From Candidatus Bipolaricaulota bacterium (lineage in GTDB: Bacteria; Bipolaricaulota; Bipolaricaulia; UBA7950; UBA9294): a stretch of DNA of 64,000 nucleotides. Position 1 is the stretch's first letter; each line of letters begins with the position of its first letter. The notes under the pieces are model-generated. The model had not been told where the DNA came from, ran no database searches, and saw only the letters and a list, made by a program, of their open reading frames with translations. The stretch is taken from positions 1,674 through 65,673 of the forward strand of contig JBFMGK010000052.1 of assembly GCA_040752575.1 (NCBI GenBank), given 5' to 3'. The position numbers were made by a program, and so were the translations under genes. This document shows, one piece after another, positions 19,196-29,109 of this stretch.

Positions 19196-19745
19196 CAACT
19201 CGTCCCCTTTCATCTTGCCGGCGGTTCGCGCCGGGCGGTCGTGAAACACTCCAGAAGCACGAGGACTATACACGATGGCACCCCGCCTCGTCGGCGTTGC
19301 CGCTCGTTGAGCCTGGGCGCTTCGGCTCACCAAGATGCACTCTGAAGCTGTCCGCTTGCCGCATGCAGAACTCTGGTACGGGGACAAGACGGAGGACGGA
19401 GCCGCCTGCTCGCCGGCTGGGGCTGGAAGAGCCCAACGGGAGCCTTCGAGAGCGACGCTTCGAGATCTCGATCCAGAAGGATCCGCCGTCGTCTCGGTCT
19501 TGGGCCGTCGCGCTGCGGTCCACCAGGGCCGTACCCACGGCCGGCCTGCCCTCCGAGACTACGCGCTCTGCCTCGGGCTCTGTCCATCGATGGGGGTGTA
19601 CGACGACGCGACGCTCGATCGTCGAGAAGGCAGCTGTGCAGTCGCCGAGATGGGGCGGCGGGCCCCGCATGGGCTAAGCCTTCCAGACCGTCCAGGCGCC
19701 GATGACGATGAACAGCGCTCCTGCGCCGACGCGGACCCAACGTGT

Positions 19746-19949
19746 TCACGTGTCGGGGAGCACGTGATGGACGGCGACCGCTAGGAGCACGGCGATCAGC
19801 GTCGACGCGAGCCGAGCCGCCCCCGCACCGATCAGCACCCCCCAGGGAGACGCCGTCTCCGATGCCAGCGTGAACACGGCCAGTTGAGTCTTGTCGCCGA
19901 GTTCGGCAAGAAAGACGAGACAGAATGTTGACAGGACGATCTTGAGCAT
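19746..19949 (-). CDS. UPF0016 (GDT1/TMEM165) family membrane protein, apparently interrupted by an in-frame TGA; the domain continues to 19677
   Basis: E-L-G-D-K-T signature (FLAELGDKTQ). After the TGA at 19746-19748 the frame continues TRWVRVGAGALFIVIGAWTVWKA, the expected third helix of the domain. Confidence 0.6.
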   Translation of the reverse strand: MLKIVLSTFCLVFLAELGDKTQLAVFTLASETASPWGVLIGAGAARLASTLIAVLLAVAVHHVLPDT

Positions 19950-20174
19950 CTGCCCCTCCTTGGCCGTGCCGACCTTACTTGACGAGGCCGAGGCGCTCAG
20001 ATTCCGTCCGGTCTTACCGCTGCCCTATGCACCCGTCGGTCCCTCGACCTGCCCGGCGCAACGTCCGCGGATTGCGGGCCGATGTCCACGCGCTACTCTC
20101 TGGAGTTGCAGATCAGACGGTCGGCGGGAGGTGGCGTGGCGGAGCGGACGGCGATCTCATTCCCGAGGCGAACC

Positions 20175-23135
20175 ATGGCGGCGCGCTGGGGCGAGCGGCT
20201 CCTCCTCGCGCTCCTCGCGGGTCTTGGGACGGCCCTGTTCACGTTTCTCGCGCTGGAGCTGGCACGCGGGACGCCGTTCGCCGAGGCGCTGGGACGGGCT
20301 TCCGAGGCTCTGGGCGAATACCTGGGTCGGCTCCTGCGAGGCGACCTGGGGACGACGCAGGCAGGAGCCTGGAGTTCGCGAAGGATCCCCGTCGCTCAAG
20401 CCATGGCCGAGACCCTTCCACGCAGCCTCGGCCTTCTGGGCGTGACGTTGGGTTTCTCCACTCTGATCGGGATTGTCCTCGGAACGCTTGCCGCGGTCTC
20501 GAAGCGAAACCTCGGAGCGTCGCTCCTTCTGTTTCTCTCGATGCTCGGCGCATCGACTCCGAGCTTCTTCCTCGCGCTGCTCTTGCAGCTCTTCGTGCTC
20601 TTGTTGACTCGATCCGCGGGCCGGGCGATCCTCCCGGTGGGGGGCTTCGGATGGGGTCTACATCTCGTCCTGCCGACCCTGGTCCTGGCGGCAAGGCCGG
20701 TCTCTCAGATCGCAAGGATCACGTTCATTCGGACCCGCGAGGTTCTCAACGAGGACTTCGTGCGCACGGCACGGGCCAAAGGAGTGGGCCGCTGGGATGT
20801 CCTGGCAGGCCACGTCGCGCGCAACGTGGCCGTACCCGTCCTTACGACAGCCGCGGTCTCACTGCGCTTCGCACTGGCAAGCCTCCCCGTCGTCGAGATC
20901 TACTTCGCGTGGCCGGGCGCGGGACGGAAGCTTCTGCAGGCGCTATCCGACGGGGACGCCAATCTCGCCGTCGGGCTCCTGCTTGCGCTGGCCTTCCTGT
21001 TCTTCCTCGTTCAGCTCTTGCTTGAGTGGGTCTTCCCGGCCCTCGATCCGAGACTGGCGGATGCTCCGCCTGACGTGCGTGATGTACCGCGACGCCTGCG
21101 CGATCTTCTGGCTTACGCCGTCCAACGGGTCCGCGGCGCGTCCCTTCACCCCTTTCGTTGGCTTCGCCAAAGCCTCGGCGCGCTCGTTGCCCGTTCGGCC
21201 CGCGGGACGGCGCGGGACAGGTCCGAGAAGCGCCCGCGACGCAGCCTACGCAGACTCATCGCGTCGGCCAACCCGGCCTTTCTCTTCGGCGCTTTCGTTG
21301 GCGTTGGGCTTCTTGCCATCGTCTTCTTTGGAGCGTGGCTGGCGCCACATAGCCCGTACTTCATGGCCGGGGTCGAGAAGGCTGATGGCGTCTACAGGGC
21401 GCCGCCGTTTGCGCCGAGCGAGCGCTTCCCCTGGGGCACCGACGGCCTGGGACGAGACCTGATGAGCCTTGTCCTGATCGGGGCGCAGCAGACGCTGCTC
21501 ATGGCGTCCGTTGCGGTTGCGGCTCGCATGGTTGTCGGAGTGTCCCTTGGAGCGATCGCCGGATGGCGGCGAGGCTCCATACTAGATCGCGCAATCGTCG
21601 GCTTTGCACAGGTCCTTGCTCCGTTCCCGGCCCTTCTCCTGACGATCCTCGTCATCATGGCCGTCGGAATCCAACGGGGCATCCTTCCGTTTGCCGCCGG
21701 GCTCTGCGTCGTGGGCTGGGGAGAGATCGCGCAGCTCGTTCGCGCAGAAATCATCGCCCTAAGGGAGAGACCGTTTGTCGAGGGTGCGCGAGCCGTCGGC
21801 GCGAGCACACCGCGCTTGATTGTCGTTCACCTCATTCCGCACCTGATGCCGTCTCTGACGGCGCTGGCGGCTCTGGAGCTCTCGTCGGTGCTCATGCTGC
21901 TTGGGGAGCTGGGTTTCCTTGGCATCTTCCTCGGGGGAGGCTCCGCGGTGGAGGTGAACGCCTTCTCGCCCTTGGCGCAGTACTCGAACGTCCCTGAGTG
22001 GGGTGCGCTTCTCGCGACCTTCCGCCAGTCGGCGCGGGCCTATCCGTGGGTCGTGTTCTATCCGTCGCTCGCGCTCTTTCTTTCTTCGTTCGGGTTCCAC
22101 CTGCTTGGAGAAGGCATCCGGCGTGAGATCGAGCGAGGGCAGCTGGCGCTGCGCCGCGCCTTCCGCCGCCTCGCCGTCGCCGGCGTGGCTGTCGGAGGTC
22201 TCGCGCTCTTGCTCTTGGCAGGCAATCTGGGTCCGGAGGCGCTCTACCGAAGGGATGCCGCGCGGTTTGATGGGCAAGAGGCTCTGCTGGTTGTGGCGGC
22301 GCTGACCTCGTCAAACCTCCGTGGACCCGAGACGGGGTCCCCTGGGGCTGCGGGGGCGGCCGAGTTCATCGCGCGCGAGTACAAGCGCCTGGGCCTCCAA
22401 CCGGTCGGCGACGGCGGGTCGTATTTCTCCTCGGTTCGTGCGGTTGAGAACGTCGACGACGTTCCCAACCGGCGCGTGGTCGGTTGGGTGGCGGGAGCGG
22501 ACAGCGCGTCGAAGGACCGACTTGCCCGGCAGGTCATCGTGGTCATGGCGTGCTATGGCGCGCTGTGCGACGGTGACGCTGCGTCTGCTGGAAATGCCGC
22601 AGGGGACGTGACTGGTGTCGCCGTCCTCCTGGAGGCCGCCCGACTCCTGACGCAGACCGAGTATCAGGCGAACAGAAGCTTCCTCTTCGTCGCCTACGGC
22701 GAGGCGGGTTGGGGAGAAGACGGGGCTCGCAGCGACCCGACGGCCAGCCGCTTGCTCGACGAGATCTCGCTACCTTCGCACTACTTCACCCTCAAGGCCG
22801 CCGTCCGCCTTGAGGCCTTTGCCGGAGACGAGCGGGCGCGCTTGTGTGTCGAAACTGCAAGGGGTTCCGAGCTTTCGGAGATCTTCCGGTCGTCTGCCGC
22901 GCGCCTCGGGGTGGGCGCGTCGGTGAGCCTGCTGGAGGGTCGGACCCAAGACCCCGGGGAGTCGGGAGACGACGCGGTGCCCGAAGTCACCCTCTCCCTG
23001 GGCCGATGCGGGGAGAGGCTTACCGAGGGTCCCGTGGCGGATTCGGTCTCGACGATCGCGGTCGAACGAGCGGGGCGGGCGGTGACTTTGGGCCTGATGG
23101 TCCTCGGTCGGGAGAAGCTCGACGGATCGATCTGA
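20175..23135 (+). CDS. Fused ABC transporter permease (DppB-like plus DppC-like transmembrane domains) with a C-terminal extracytoplasmic M28-peptidase-like domain that looks catalytically degenerate
   Basis: EAA-type motifs in both halves (VRTARAKGVGRWDVL..., EGARAVGASTPRLIVVHLIPH). C-terminal approx 350 aa carries an NAAGDVTGVAVLLEAARLL motif (M28 DNASG-like) without the usual His/Asp metal ligands. ATG at 20175. Confidence 0.75.
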   Translation: MAARWGERLLLALLAGLGTALFTFLALELARGTPFAEALGRASEALGEYLGRLLRGDLGTTQAGAWSSRRIPVAQAMAETLPRSLGLLGVTLGFSTLIGIVLGTLAAVSKRNLGASLLLFLSMLGASTPSFFLALLLQLFVLLLTRSAGRAILPVGGFGWGLHLVLPTLVLAARPVSQIARITFIRTREVLNEDFVRTARAKGVGRWDVLAGHVARNVAVPVLTTAAVSLRFALASLPVVEIYFAWPGAGRKLLQALSDGDANLAVGLLLALAFLFFLVQLLLEWVFPALDPRLADAPPDVRDVPRRLRDLLAYAVQRVRGASLHPFRWLRQSLGALVARSARGTARDRSEKRPRRSLRRLIASANPAFLFGAFVGVGLLAIVFFGAWLAPHSPYFMAGVEKADGVYRAPPFAPSERFPWGTDGLGRDLMSLVLIGAQQTLLMASVAVAARMVVGVSLGAIAGWRRGSILDRAIVGFAQVLAPFPALLLTILVIMAVGIQRGILPFAAGLCVVGWGEIAQLVRAEIIALRERPFVEGARAVGASTPRLIVVHLIPHLMPSLTALAALELSSVLMLLGELGFLGIFLGGGSAVEVNAFSPLAQYSNVPEWGALLATFRQSARAYPWVVFYPSLALFLSSFGFHLLGEGIRREIERGQLALRRAFRRLAVAGVAVGGLALLLLAGNLGPEALYRRDAARFDGQEALLVVAALTSSNLRGPETGSPGAAGAAEFIAREYKRLGLQPVGDGGSYFSSVRAVENVDDVPNRRVVGWVAGADSASKDRLARQVIVVMACYGALCDGDAASAGNAAGDVTGVAVLLEAARLLTQTEYQANRSFLFVAYGEAGWGEDGARSDPTASRLLDEISLPSHYFTLKAAVRLEAFAGDERARLCVETARGSELSEIFRSSAARLGVGASVSLLEGRTQDPGESGDDAVPEVTLSLGRCGERLTEGPVADSVSTIAVERAGRAVTLGLMVLGREKLDGSI

Positions 23136-23467
23136 CCTGTCTGCGCGGCGTCTGCGCCTCTGCGCTCTCGAGATTCGGCGAGTTCATCCCCTTCGTTCTG
23201 CCGCTCTCAACGTCTTGGTTTGCCAGTTCTTCGCCATGGACCCGGCCTGGCGTCCTCGGCCGCAGTCCGCGGGATCCTGTCCGCGCGGACATCACACGGG
23301 GCGCGGAAGCTGCCGACGGAGCTCCCGCCAAGGCAGAGCCCGCGGGAATCGAGCAAGGCGATGGAGTGGTTGCCCGCGGACCGGTTCCGCCCGACGACCC
23401 AGACCCGAGGCGGGACGCCAGGGAGACGACTCCATGGATCGCTCACACCCTGTCCGCGGCCGCTGCC

Positions 23468-25318
23468 CTAGGGAGCCCAACCGATCGGTCCCGCGGTCAT
23501 CAACATCTGCGCGAACGCTGTTCCCCACTGCGCAGTAGACGCGATAACCCTTATCTGGTCGGTGCTTGCGGACGATCCTCCGTTGTATGAGACCTGCACC
23601 ACGGCGCTCCCCGTCCCCGACGAGGTCACCTGGGCCGGAGTCGCGGCGAATCCCGCGACCACCGATCCGCCCGAGAGCATCTCCACACGCAGCCAGACGG
23701 GGAGTCCTGCGCTTCCATCGTACGTGTAGCTCACGGTGATCTGTGCGCTCTTCCACTGCCCGAAGATCGGGCCCGATAGGCTCACGTGTACGTCGGTGAA
23801 GCCGAACGTGCCCGTCGGCGACGGTGGCGGCCCAAGAACCGGTGCGATCGACAGCCGGCCGATGAAGTTGCCCTGATCGGCGGTGAACCAAAGCTGCTCT
23901 TCCCCATCCAGAGAGAGGAACAACGGTTGGGGGTTGCCCGTCAGCGGGTAGATCGTCAACTCGTTTGAGAACGGGTTCAGTCGCCCGATGGTGTTCGCGG
24001 TGCGATCGGTGAACCAGAGGTTGCCCACGGAGTCCCGCACCAGGTCGAAGGGCTGCCCCCCTCCGGCGATCGCCCACAAGCGGACGTCGGCGCTCGCTGG
24101 CTCCAGCACGCCGATCGCCGGCCGGCCGAGGTCGGTGAACCAGACCCAGCCATTCGGGCCGACGGTCAGACCCAGGGCCTGCGTTCCCGGCGGCAGGCCG
24201 TAGTAGGATGCCACGTTGGTCGCTGGATCCAGAACCGCGATGCTCGTCGCTCCGTCCGCGAACCAGACCCGTCCATCGGCTGTAACCGCAGCCCGTACCG
24301 CATCGCCCGGACCGTCCCACTCGGCGAACGGGGCGGCGGGTGTGGGCGTCAGCAGCGCCACGGGCGGAGGCAGCATCGGGTTTCCGGGATGGAGTTCAGG
24401 CGACACGGTACTCGTGACGCCGACGATCTCGGAGGTCGTCGGCGCGACCGTCGTCGGCGACGTCGTGATCAGGATCATCGGGATGGGCACGATTGCGGGA
24501 GCGAAGCGCGCCAGCTTGCCCGTGTTTCGCTCAGGAACCCAGAGGTTGATCTGGCCTGGGCCCAACGGCGCGTAGACGGGAACCCCAGGCAGGGAGTTTG
24601 GCGTGGGCAGACTCCACTGGCTGGTCCCCCCGGTGAACGCCATCACCTCGAGGGCGTTCGCCGTCGCGAGCGAGTAGTAGAGCGATCCGCCTGTCGAGAC
24701 GTAGAGGCCGAAGGGACCTCCCGTCGTGTTCCGCTCGCGCATCTGATTCGCGGTGGGGTCGAGTTGACCGATCTTGTTGCCCGCGTACTCGGTGAAGTAG
24801 ACCTTGCCATCCGCGCTGACGCCGATCCCACTGGGCCGCGCGTTCGCGGTGGGGACTGCCCACCGCGTGAGCTGTGCAGTGTCCATCCCGGGCGACGGGG
24901 TCGGAGACGGTGCAGTGCCGACCGTTACCGTGATCGTTCCGCAGGGGAAAGACGTTGATCCGGGGACGGCGACCGTGGCTTGATAGGCCGAGCCGTCGCG
25001 CATTCCGCCAAGCTGCAGCACCGTCGGCGTCTGCTCGAAGTCGTACTCCAGCACGGTCGTCTCGCCGAGGGGCACGGTGTAGAGGGCAATCTGCAAGTGC
25101 ACGGGAACAATCAGAACCAGGAACAGCACTTGCGTGATCGTGAGCTGTGCGCAACTCGTGTTCGTCACCGCCAGCGTCACGTGCGTCGTCGCTACCCCCG
25201 TCAGCGACAGGCCGGCGATGAGCAGCACCACGACCGTGGCCAACACTCCCGTCTTCAGAGCCTTCCGAGCACAGATCACCTGAACCACCTCCGAAGCACT
25301 CCTTACGCCGTTCGGCAA
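23468..25318 (-). CDS. Secreted/membrane-anchored protein with two virginiamycin B lyase (Vgb)-like beta-propeller repeat regions separated by a Pro/Thr-rich linker
   Basis: Repeated G(P/x)xG(I/L)xxGxDGxxWFT(D/E)xxxNxIGR(L/I) units. N-terminal hydrophobic anchor. Confidence 0.65.
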   Translation of the reverse strand: MPNGVRSASEVVQVICARKALKTGVLATVVVLLIAGLSLTGVATTHVTLAVTNTSCAQLTITQVLFLVLIVPVHLQIALYTVPLGETTVLEYDFEQTPTVLQLGGMRDGSAYQATVAVPGSTSFPCGTITVTVGTAPSPTPSPGMDTAQLTRWAVPTANARPSGIGVSADGKVYFTEYAGNKIGQLDPTANQMRERNTTGGPFGLYVSTGGSLYYSLATANALEVMAFTGGTSQWSLPTPNSLPGVPVYAPLGPGQINLWVPERNTGKLARFAPAIVPIPMILITTSPTTVAPTTSEIVGVTSTVSPELHPGNPMLPPPVALLTPTPAAPFAEWDGPGDAVRAAVTADGRVWFADGATSIAVLDPATNVASYYGLPPGTQALGLTVGPNGWVWFTDLGRPAIGVLEPASADVRLWAIAGGGQPFDLVRDSVGNLWFTDRTANTIGRLNPFSNELTIYPLTGNPQPLFLSLDGEEQLWFTADQGNFIGRLSIAPVLGPPPSPTGTFGFTDVHVSLSGPIFGQWKSAQITVSYTYDGSAGLPVWLRVEMLSGGSVVAGFAATPAQVTSSGTGSAVVQVSYNGGSSASTDQIRVIASTAQWGTAFAQMLMTAGPIGWAP

Positions 25319-25507
25319 GCCGTCGCCCTGCGTCCCGAAACGCCGTGACTTGCCTGTCTAGCTTTCCTGCACCGTATCACGTCAGGCGAGCTGAGCCAAC
25401 CGCAACCCTCGCGCCAATCGGCGTTTCGATCCGCCGCTCGATGCCCGTCTGCCGTTGGCTAGGGCTCTCCAGACCTACACCACGGCGCATCTGAGAGTCC
25501 CTGGCGG

Positions 25508-27022
25508 TCACGCGCTGTGGAGCTCGAACAGGTGAAACCCGTATCCGGGGAGATCGACGTGGAGGCCGCCGTCCAGCATGTCGTCGCCTTGCCGCACATA
25601 CGACGTGCCGTTCAGGAGATCCTCAAGCCGGCACGCCCTGCCAGCCAGCGTGGGGAGGTCTACGGGGACGAGCACCTGAGCTCTCTCCGGCGAGAGGTTG
25701 ACCGTCACGAGACGGTGCTCGTCACCCAGGGACCAGCGATAGGCGAGAAGGTTGCAGGAGTTCGAGTTGCCGGCCGCTGTCGTGGTGGGCAGGGACATGT
25801 ACCAGTTGCCGTCGTGGAAGACGGGATGGCGCAGGGCCGCTAGCAGTCGCCGAAAGAAGGCGGCGACTGCGGGATGCGCTGGCTCGGCCGCCCGACGGCC
25901 GAGTTGCACGGGAAGCTTGACCTGCCAGCCATCGATCTGCCCGTCGTGAAACAGCCGCAGTCCGGGGAGCGTGTAGGCGAGGGCTGCCGCTGCCAGGCTG
26001 CGCTCCACGCCGAAGGCGACCGTCGCGCGCTGCTCGTCGTGATTCTCCGTGAACCGGGCCAGGCGCTGCGCGTGGTCGGCGCCGGCTGTCAGGTGCAGGT
26101 GCACGCCGGCGATGTCGTTCGCCAGTAGCCGGTCGTAGAGGCGCTTGTCGTAGGCGTAGCTGAAACCCTGTTGCAGGAGCTCCCACTCCAGATCCCAGTA
26201 GACCTCGGCCAACAGCAGGAAGCCGGGTTGCCGGGCGTAGAGGTCGGTGGCGACGGCCGGCCAGAAGTCGGCGCGCGGCGGCTCGAAAGCACCGCCCCAG
26301 GTGCGAAGGAAGACGTCTCGCGTGACGAGCATGGCCATGTCGCAGCGCGCGCCATCGCACCGCTCGGCGATCGAGAGCAGGATGTCGGCCATGGCTCGCC
26401 GGGCGGCTGCACTGCGGTAGTCGACCTGAACCGTGTCGCTCCAGCCGCAGAAATGTGGATCGCGGCCATGGGCGAAGATGCGCCGGCGACCGGCCTCCGC
26501 GACGTCGAAGAAGTTCTGCGGTTCGCGGCTCAACGCGGCCGGCTCGCGCTGCACCAGCCACTCAGGATGTTCCGCCACCCAGAGGTGATCGCGAGCAAGG
26601 TGGTTGGGCACGAAGTCGAGCATCAGGCGCATCCCCAGGTCGGCCAATCGTCGGCGCAACGCAGCCAGCGCGACGTCGCCGCCGAGCGCGGGATCGACGC
26701 GGTACGCCGCGATGGCGAAGGGTGAGCCGGTCACGTCCTCGTCGCCACAGTCTGGCAAGGCCCTGCGGCACTCAGCTCGCACGCCGGGATGCTCTCGTGC
26801 GAGACGGCGGCCGACAGCGCTTCGCTGCCAGACGCCCATCAGCCAGACGCCGTCGAAGCCAAGTGCCGCGATCCGATCGAGCTCGGTCTGGGGAACCGAG
26901 TCCAAGGTGACACGCCGTCCGGTCGCCTGGCTCAGTTGGTCAAGCCACGGCCAGGTGTTGATCTCGTAGAGCGTAGGGTTCTTCGGCCAACTCAGTCCGC
27001 TTGCGTGAGAGACGCCCGCCAT
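25508..27022 (-). CDS. Alpha-amylase family (GH13) glycoside hydrolase, cytoplasmic
   Basis: GH13 conserved regions DFVPNH, GARCDMA, AEVYWD, FTENHD. No signal peptide. Confidence 0.85.
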   Translation of the reverse strand: MAGVSHASGLSWPKNPTLYEINTWPWLDQLSQATGRRVTLDSVPQTELDRIAALGFDGVWLMGVWQRSAVGRRLAREHPGVRAECRRALPDCGDEDVTGSPFAIAAYRVDPALGGDVALAALRRRLADLGMRLMLDFVPNHLARDHLWVAEHPEWLVQREPAALSREPQNFFDVAEAGRRRIFAHGRDPHFCGWSDTVQVDYRSAAARRAMADILLSIAERCDGARCDMAMLVTRDVFLRTWGGAFEPPRADFWPAVATDLYARQPGFLLLAEVYWDLEWELLQQGFSYAYDKRLYDRLLANDIAGVHLHLTAGADHAQRLARFTENHDEQRATVAFGVERSLAAAALAYTLPGLRLFHDGQIDGWQVKLPVQLGRRAAEPAHPAVAAFFRRLLAALRHPVFHDGNWYMSLPTTTAAGNSNSCNLLAYRWSLGDEHRLVTVNLSPERAQVLVPVDLPTLAGRACRLEDLLNGTSYVRQGDDMLDGGLHVDLPGYGFHLFELHSA

Positions 27023-27267
27023 GTCTTCATGCTACGGGCCGCCGAGGGCTTCGCCAAGGCGAGAAGCCTCCGCCGAGCCGGGGCGTCCATCGTATGCTTT
27101 CTCGAAGGCTACGCGGGCGAAAGACGGTTGCGCGGCGGCAGAATGCGGCGAGCGGCCGGGCCCGAACCATCAGACGCGCCACGGGGTGCTACGGCAGTGG
27201 AACCCTCCGATGGACCGTCGGGGAGCATCCTTGGCCTTCGCCGACGCCGCTTCCCACCGGATGAGCA

Positions 27268-28707
27268 TCAGTCCGGCCCGGCGGATGGCGACGAGTAGTA
27301 GGGGCTTCTGTTGACCACTGACTCGATCTCCGCGCGGAACGCATCTCGGTCGGACTCTGTGTAGTAGGTCTCAAGCGCCTCCCACGCGGATGTAGGGTCC
27401 CCGGAGTACAGATAGTCGAGAACGAGCGGGAGCACGTCGCATTTGTCTGTGCCATCCCATCCGCCGTCTGCCTCTTCCGATACCCGCGCGCGGGCACGCT
27501 CGGTGTGGCGGGCGATCTCATCCTGGTAGAGGTTGGGGTAGCGGTAGCTTGCCGGGACGTACTTCCCCTCCGCCGGCGAGTACTCGAGGATGGCCAGCGT
27601 GGCCGGGCTGTCGGCGAAACAGCAGTAAGTGTAGGCGAAGGAGTCGTCGCGCGTTTCGAACTCGAACACGCCGTCTCCGTTGAGATCCACGAAGCCTCCC
27701 GGTGCATTGCCGCCGGGCGAAGCCGGCACGTCGATCGAGACGAGAGTCGATGAGAGGTCGTAGACGGCGACCGCGAAGCAGCAGTGCGCTCCTCCGCTGT
27801 ACGTCTCGATGATCAGATCTGGGTAGCCCGTTCCGTTGATGTCGGTTCCGGACAGCGGATCGAGGCCTGTGACCCAATCCCGACAGAGAAGCCGGATGCC
27901 TCCTCGATCGACCGTTACGGCGCGGTAGTACGTGGGGGCTTCGTTGTCTAGGCTCTTCCAGACCCTGACGACGTACTCCCCGTACCCCCGAGTCTCCTCG
28001 CACGCGTACGGCGGCCAAGAGGCGCACTCGGGGGGCAACGCAGAGCCGGCGTGGGCGGGAAACGTCCGGAATGTTCCGGCCATTGCGTCAAGGGTCTTCA
28101 CGAACGGCTCGGGATCGAATGCAGTGACCGTGCCAAACGAATAGAAGCTCAGGTTTCCGTAGTGGAAGAGGAGCGAGATCTCATACGGCACTTCGCTCCA
28201 TGTGGCACGGTAGGTGATCTTCTCGTATACGTTTCCGGCACCCGCGTCGCAGCAACGCGTCACAGCGAAGGCGCGGCCGCCAACGATTCTGGTCTCCGAA
28301 GGGTTGGAGCCGCTTGCCTGGGTGAGATGGTGTGGATTCCGCGCAGGGGAGGAATCCTTGCTCCTCGCCACGGCGACCGTTACCGAAACCTCGCCGAGGT
28401 TGGTCCGGACGCCGTCTGCGCCGATTGAGGGATCGAATGTGGGGACGAAGGTGATGACCGAGCTGTTCGCCGTGGTACATCCATCGCCAAGAGCTGTCGG
28501 CGCGAAGTCTGGCGGATACTCGATGGCGAATCCAGAGTCGCTGTTCGTGTAGGTGTGCCAAGGTCCGGATGGAGCGACCGGTGCCGAGCAGGGCGGTGAG
28601 CAGCTCGAGTCACCACGATCGACCGACCAGCCGACAGCCCACACGGCTGCGACAACAATGCCCAAGAGGAAACCGCTCAGTCTCTGTTTCTTCGCAGAAC
28701 CGGCCAC
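27268..28707 (-). CDS. Hypothetical secreted protein (FG-GAP/VCBS-like region)
   Basis: N-terminal signal (LLGIVVAAVWAVGWS). Cys pairs and TGYPDLIIETYSGGAHCCF...LNGDGVFEF motifs. Confidence 0.5.
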   Translation of the reverse strand: MAGSAKKQRLSGFLLGIVVAAVWAVGWSVDRGDSSCSPPCSAPVAPSGPWHTYTNSDSGFAIEYPPDFAPTALGDGCTTANSSVITFVPTFDPSIGADGVRTNLGEVSVTVAVARSKDSSPARNPHHLTQASGSNPSETRIVGGRAFAVTRCCDAGAGNVYEKITYRATWSEVPYEISLLFHYGNLSFYSFGTVTAFDPEPFVKTLDAMAGTFRTFPAHAGSALPPECASWPPYACEETRGYGEYVVRVWKSLDNEAPTYYRAVTVDRGGIRLLCRDWVTGLDPLSGTDINGTGYPDLIIETYSGGAHCCFAVAVYDLSSTLVSIDVPASPGGNAPGGFVDLNGDGVFEFETRDDSFAYTYCCFADSPATLAILEYSPAEGKYVPASYRYPNLYQDEIARHTERARARVSEEADGGWDGTDKCDVLPLVLDYLYSGDPTSAWEALETYYTESDRDAFRAEIESVVNRSPYYSSPSAGPD

Positions 28708-29109
28708 GCCACCTCGCTTCGTGCTGAAGCCGTCTTGGGAGACGTCAACTCCTTCGAAGCTCCTGCGCCCAATCGACCGTAGCGCAGCGACCTGCCTGCG
28801 CGTAGGCCCTAGGTGCGCGACCCCAGTGCGTGATGATCCGCACTGAACACGGACAGCCGACCTAGCTCGACAGCGAGGCGCAAGGCGGCGGTGGGGTGCG
28901 GTCGTTGCTCGCGTTGGTCGCGGTCGATCTCTGGATGCAACGGGCGCCTTCCTCCTGCGTCGGTCGCCCGTGCGCAGGCTTCCGACGACACGGGGGCCTG
29001 CCTGTCCTCAGCCGACGGGAGACGTGCTAGACTGCTCATGACCCAACAGACGTGGAACTACCTACCACACCGGAGGCATCCGCCTGACCCGTGGGGAGGG
29101 AGGTACGCG

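Noticed and set aside
19746-19748. Selenocysteine or alternative genetic code explaining the in-frame TGA in the UPF0016 gene
   Set aside because: Many other genes in the window terminate with TGA normally (for example the IclR gene at 9056-9058 and mrpC at 50915-50917). Sec is not expected at that position in this family.
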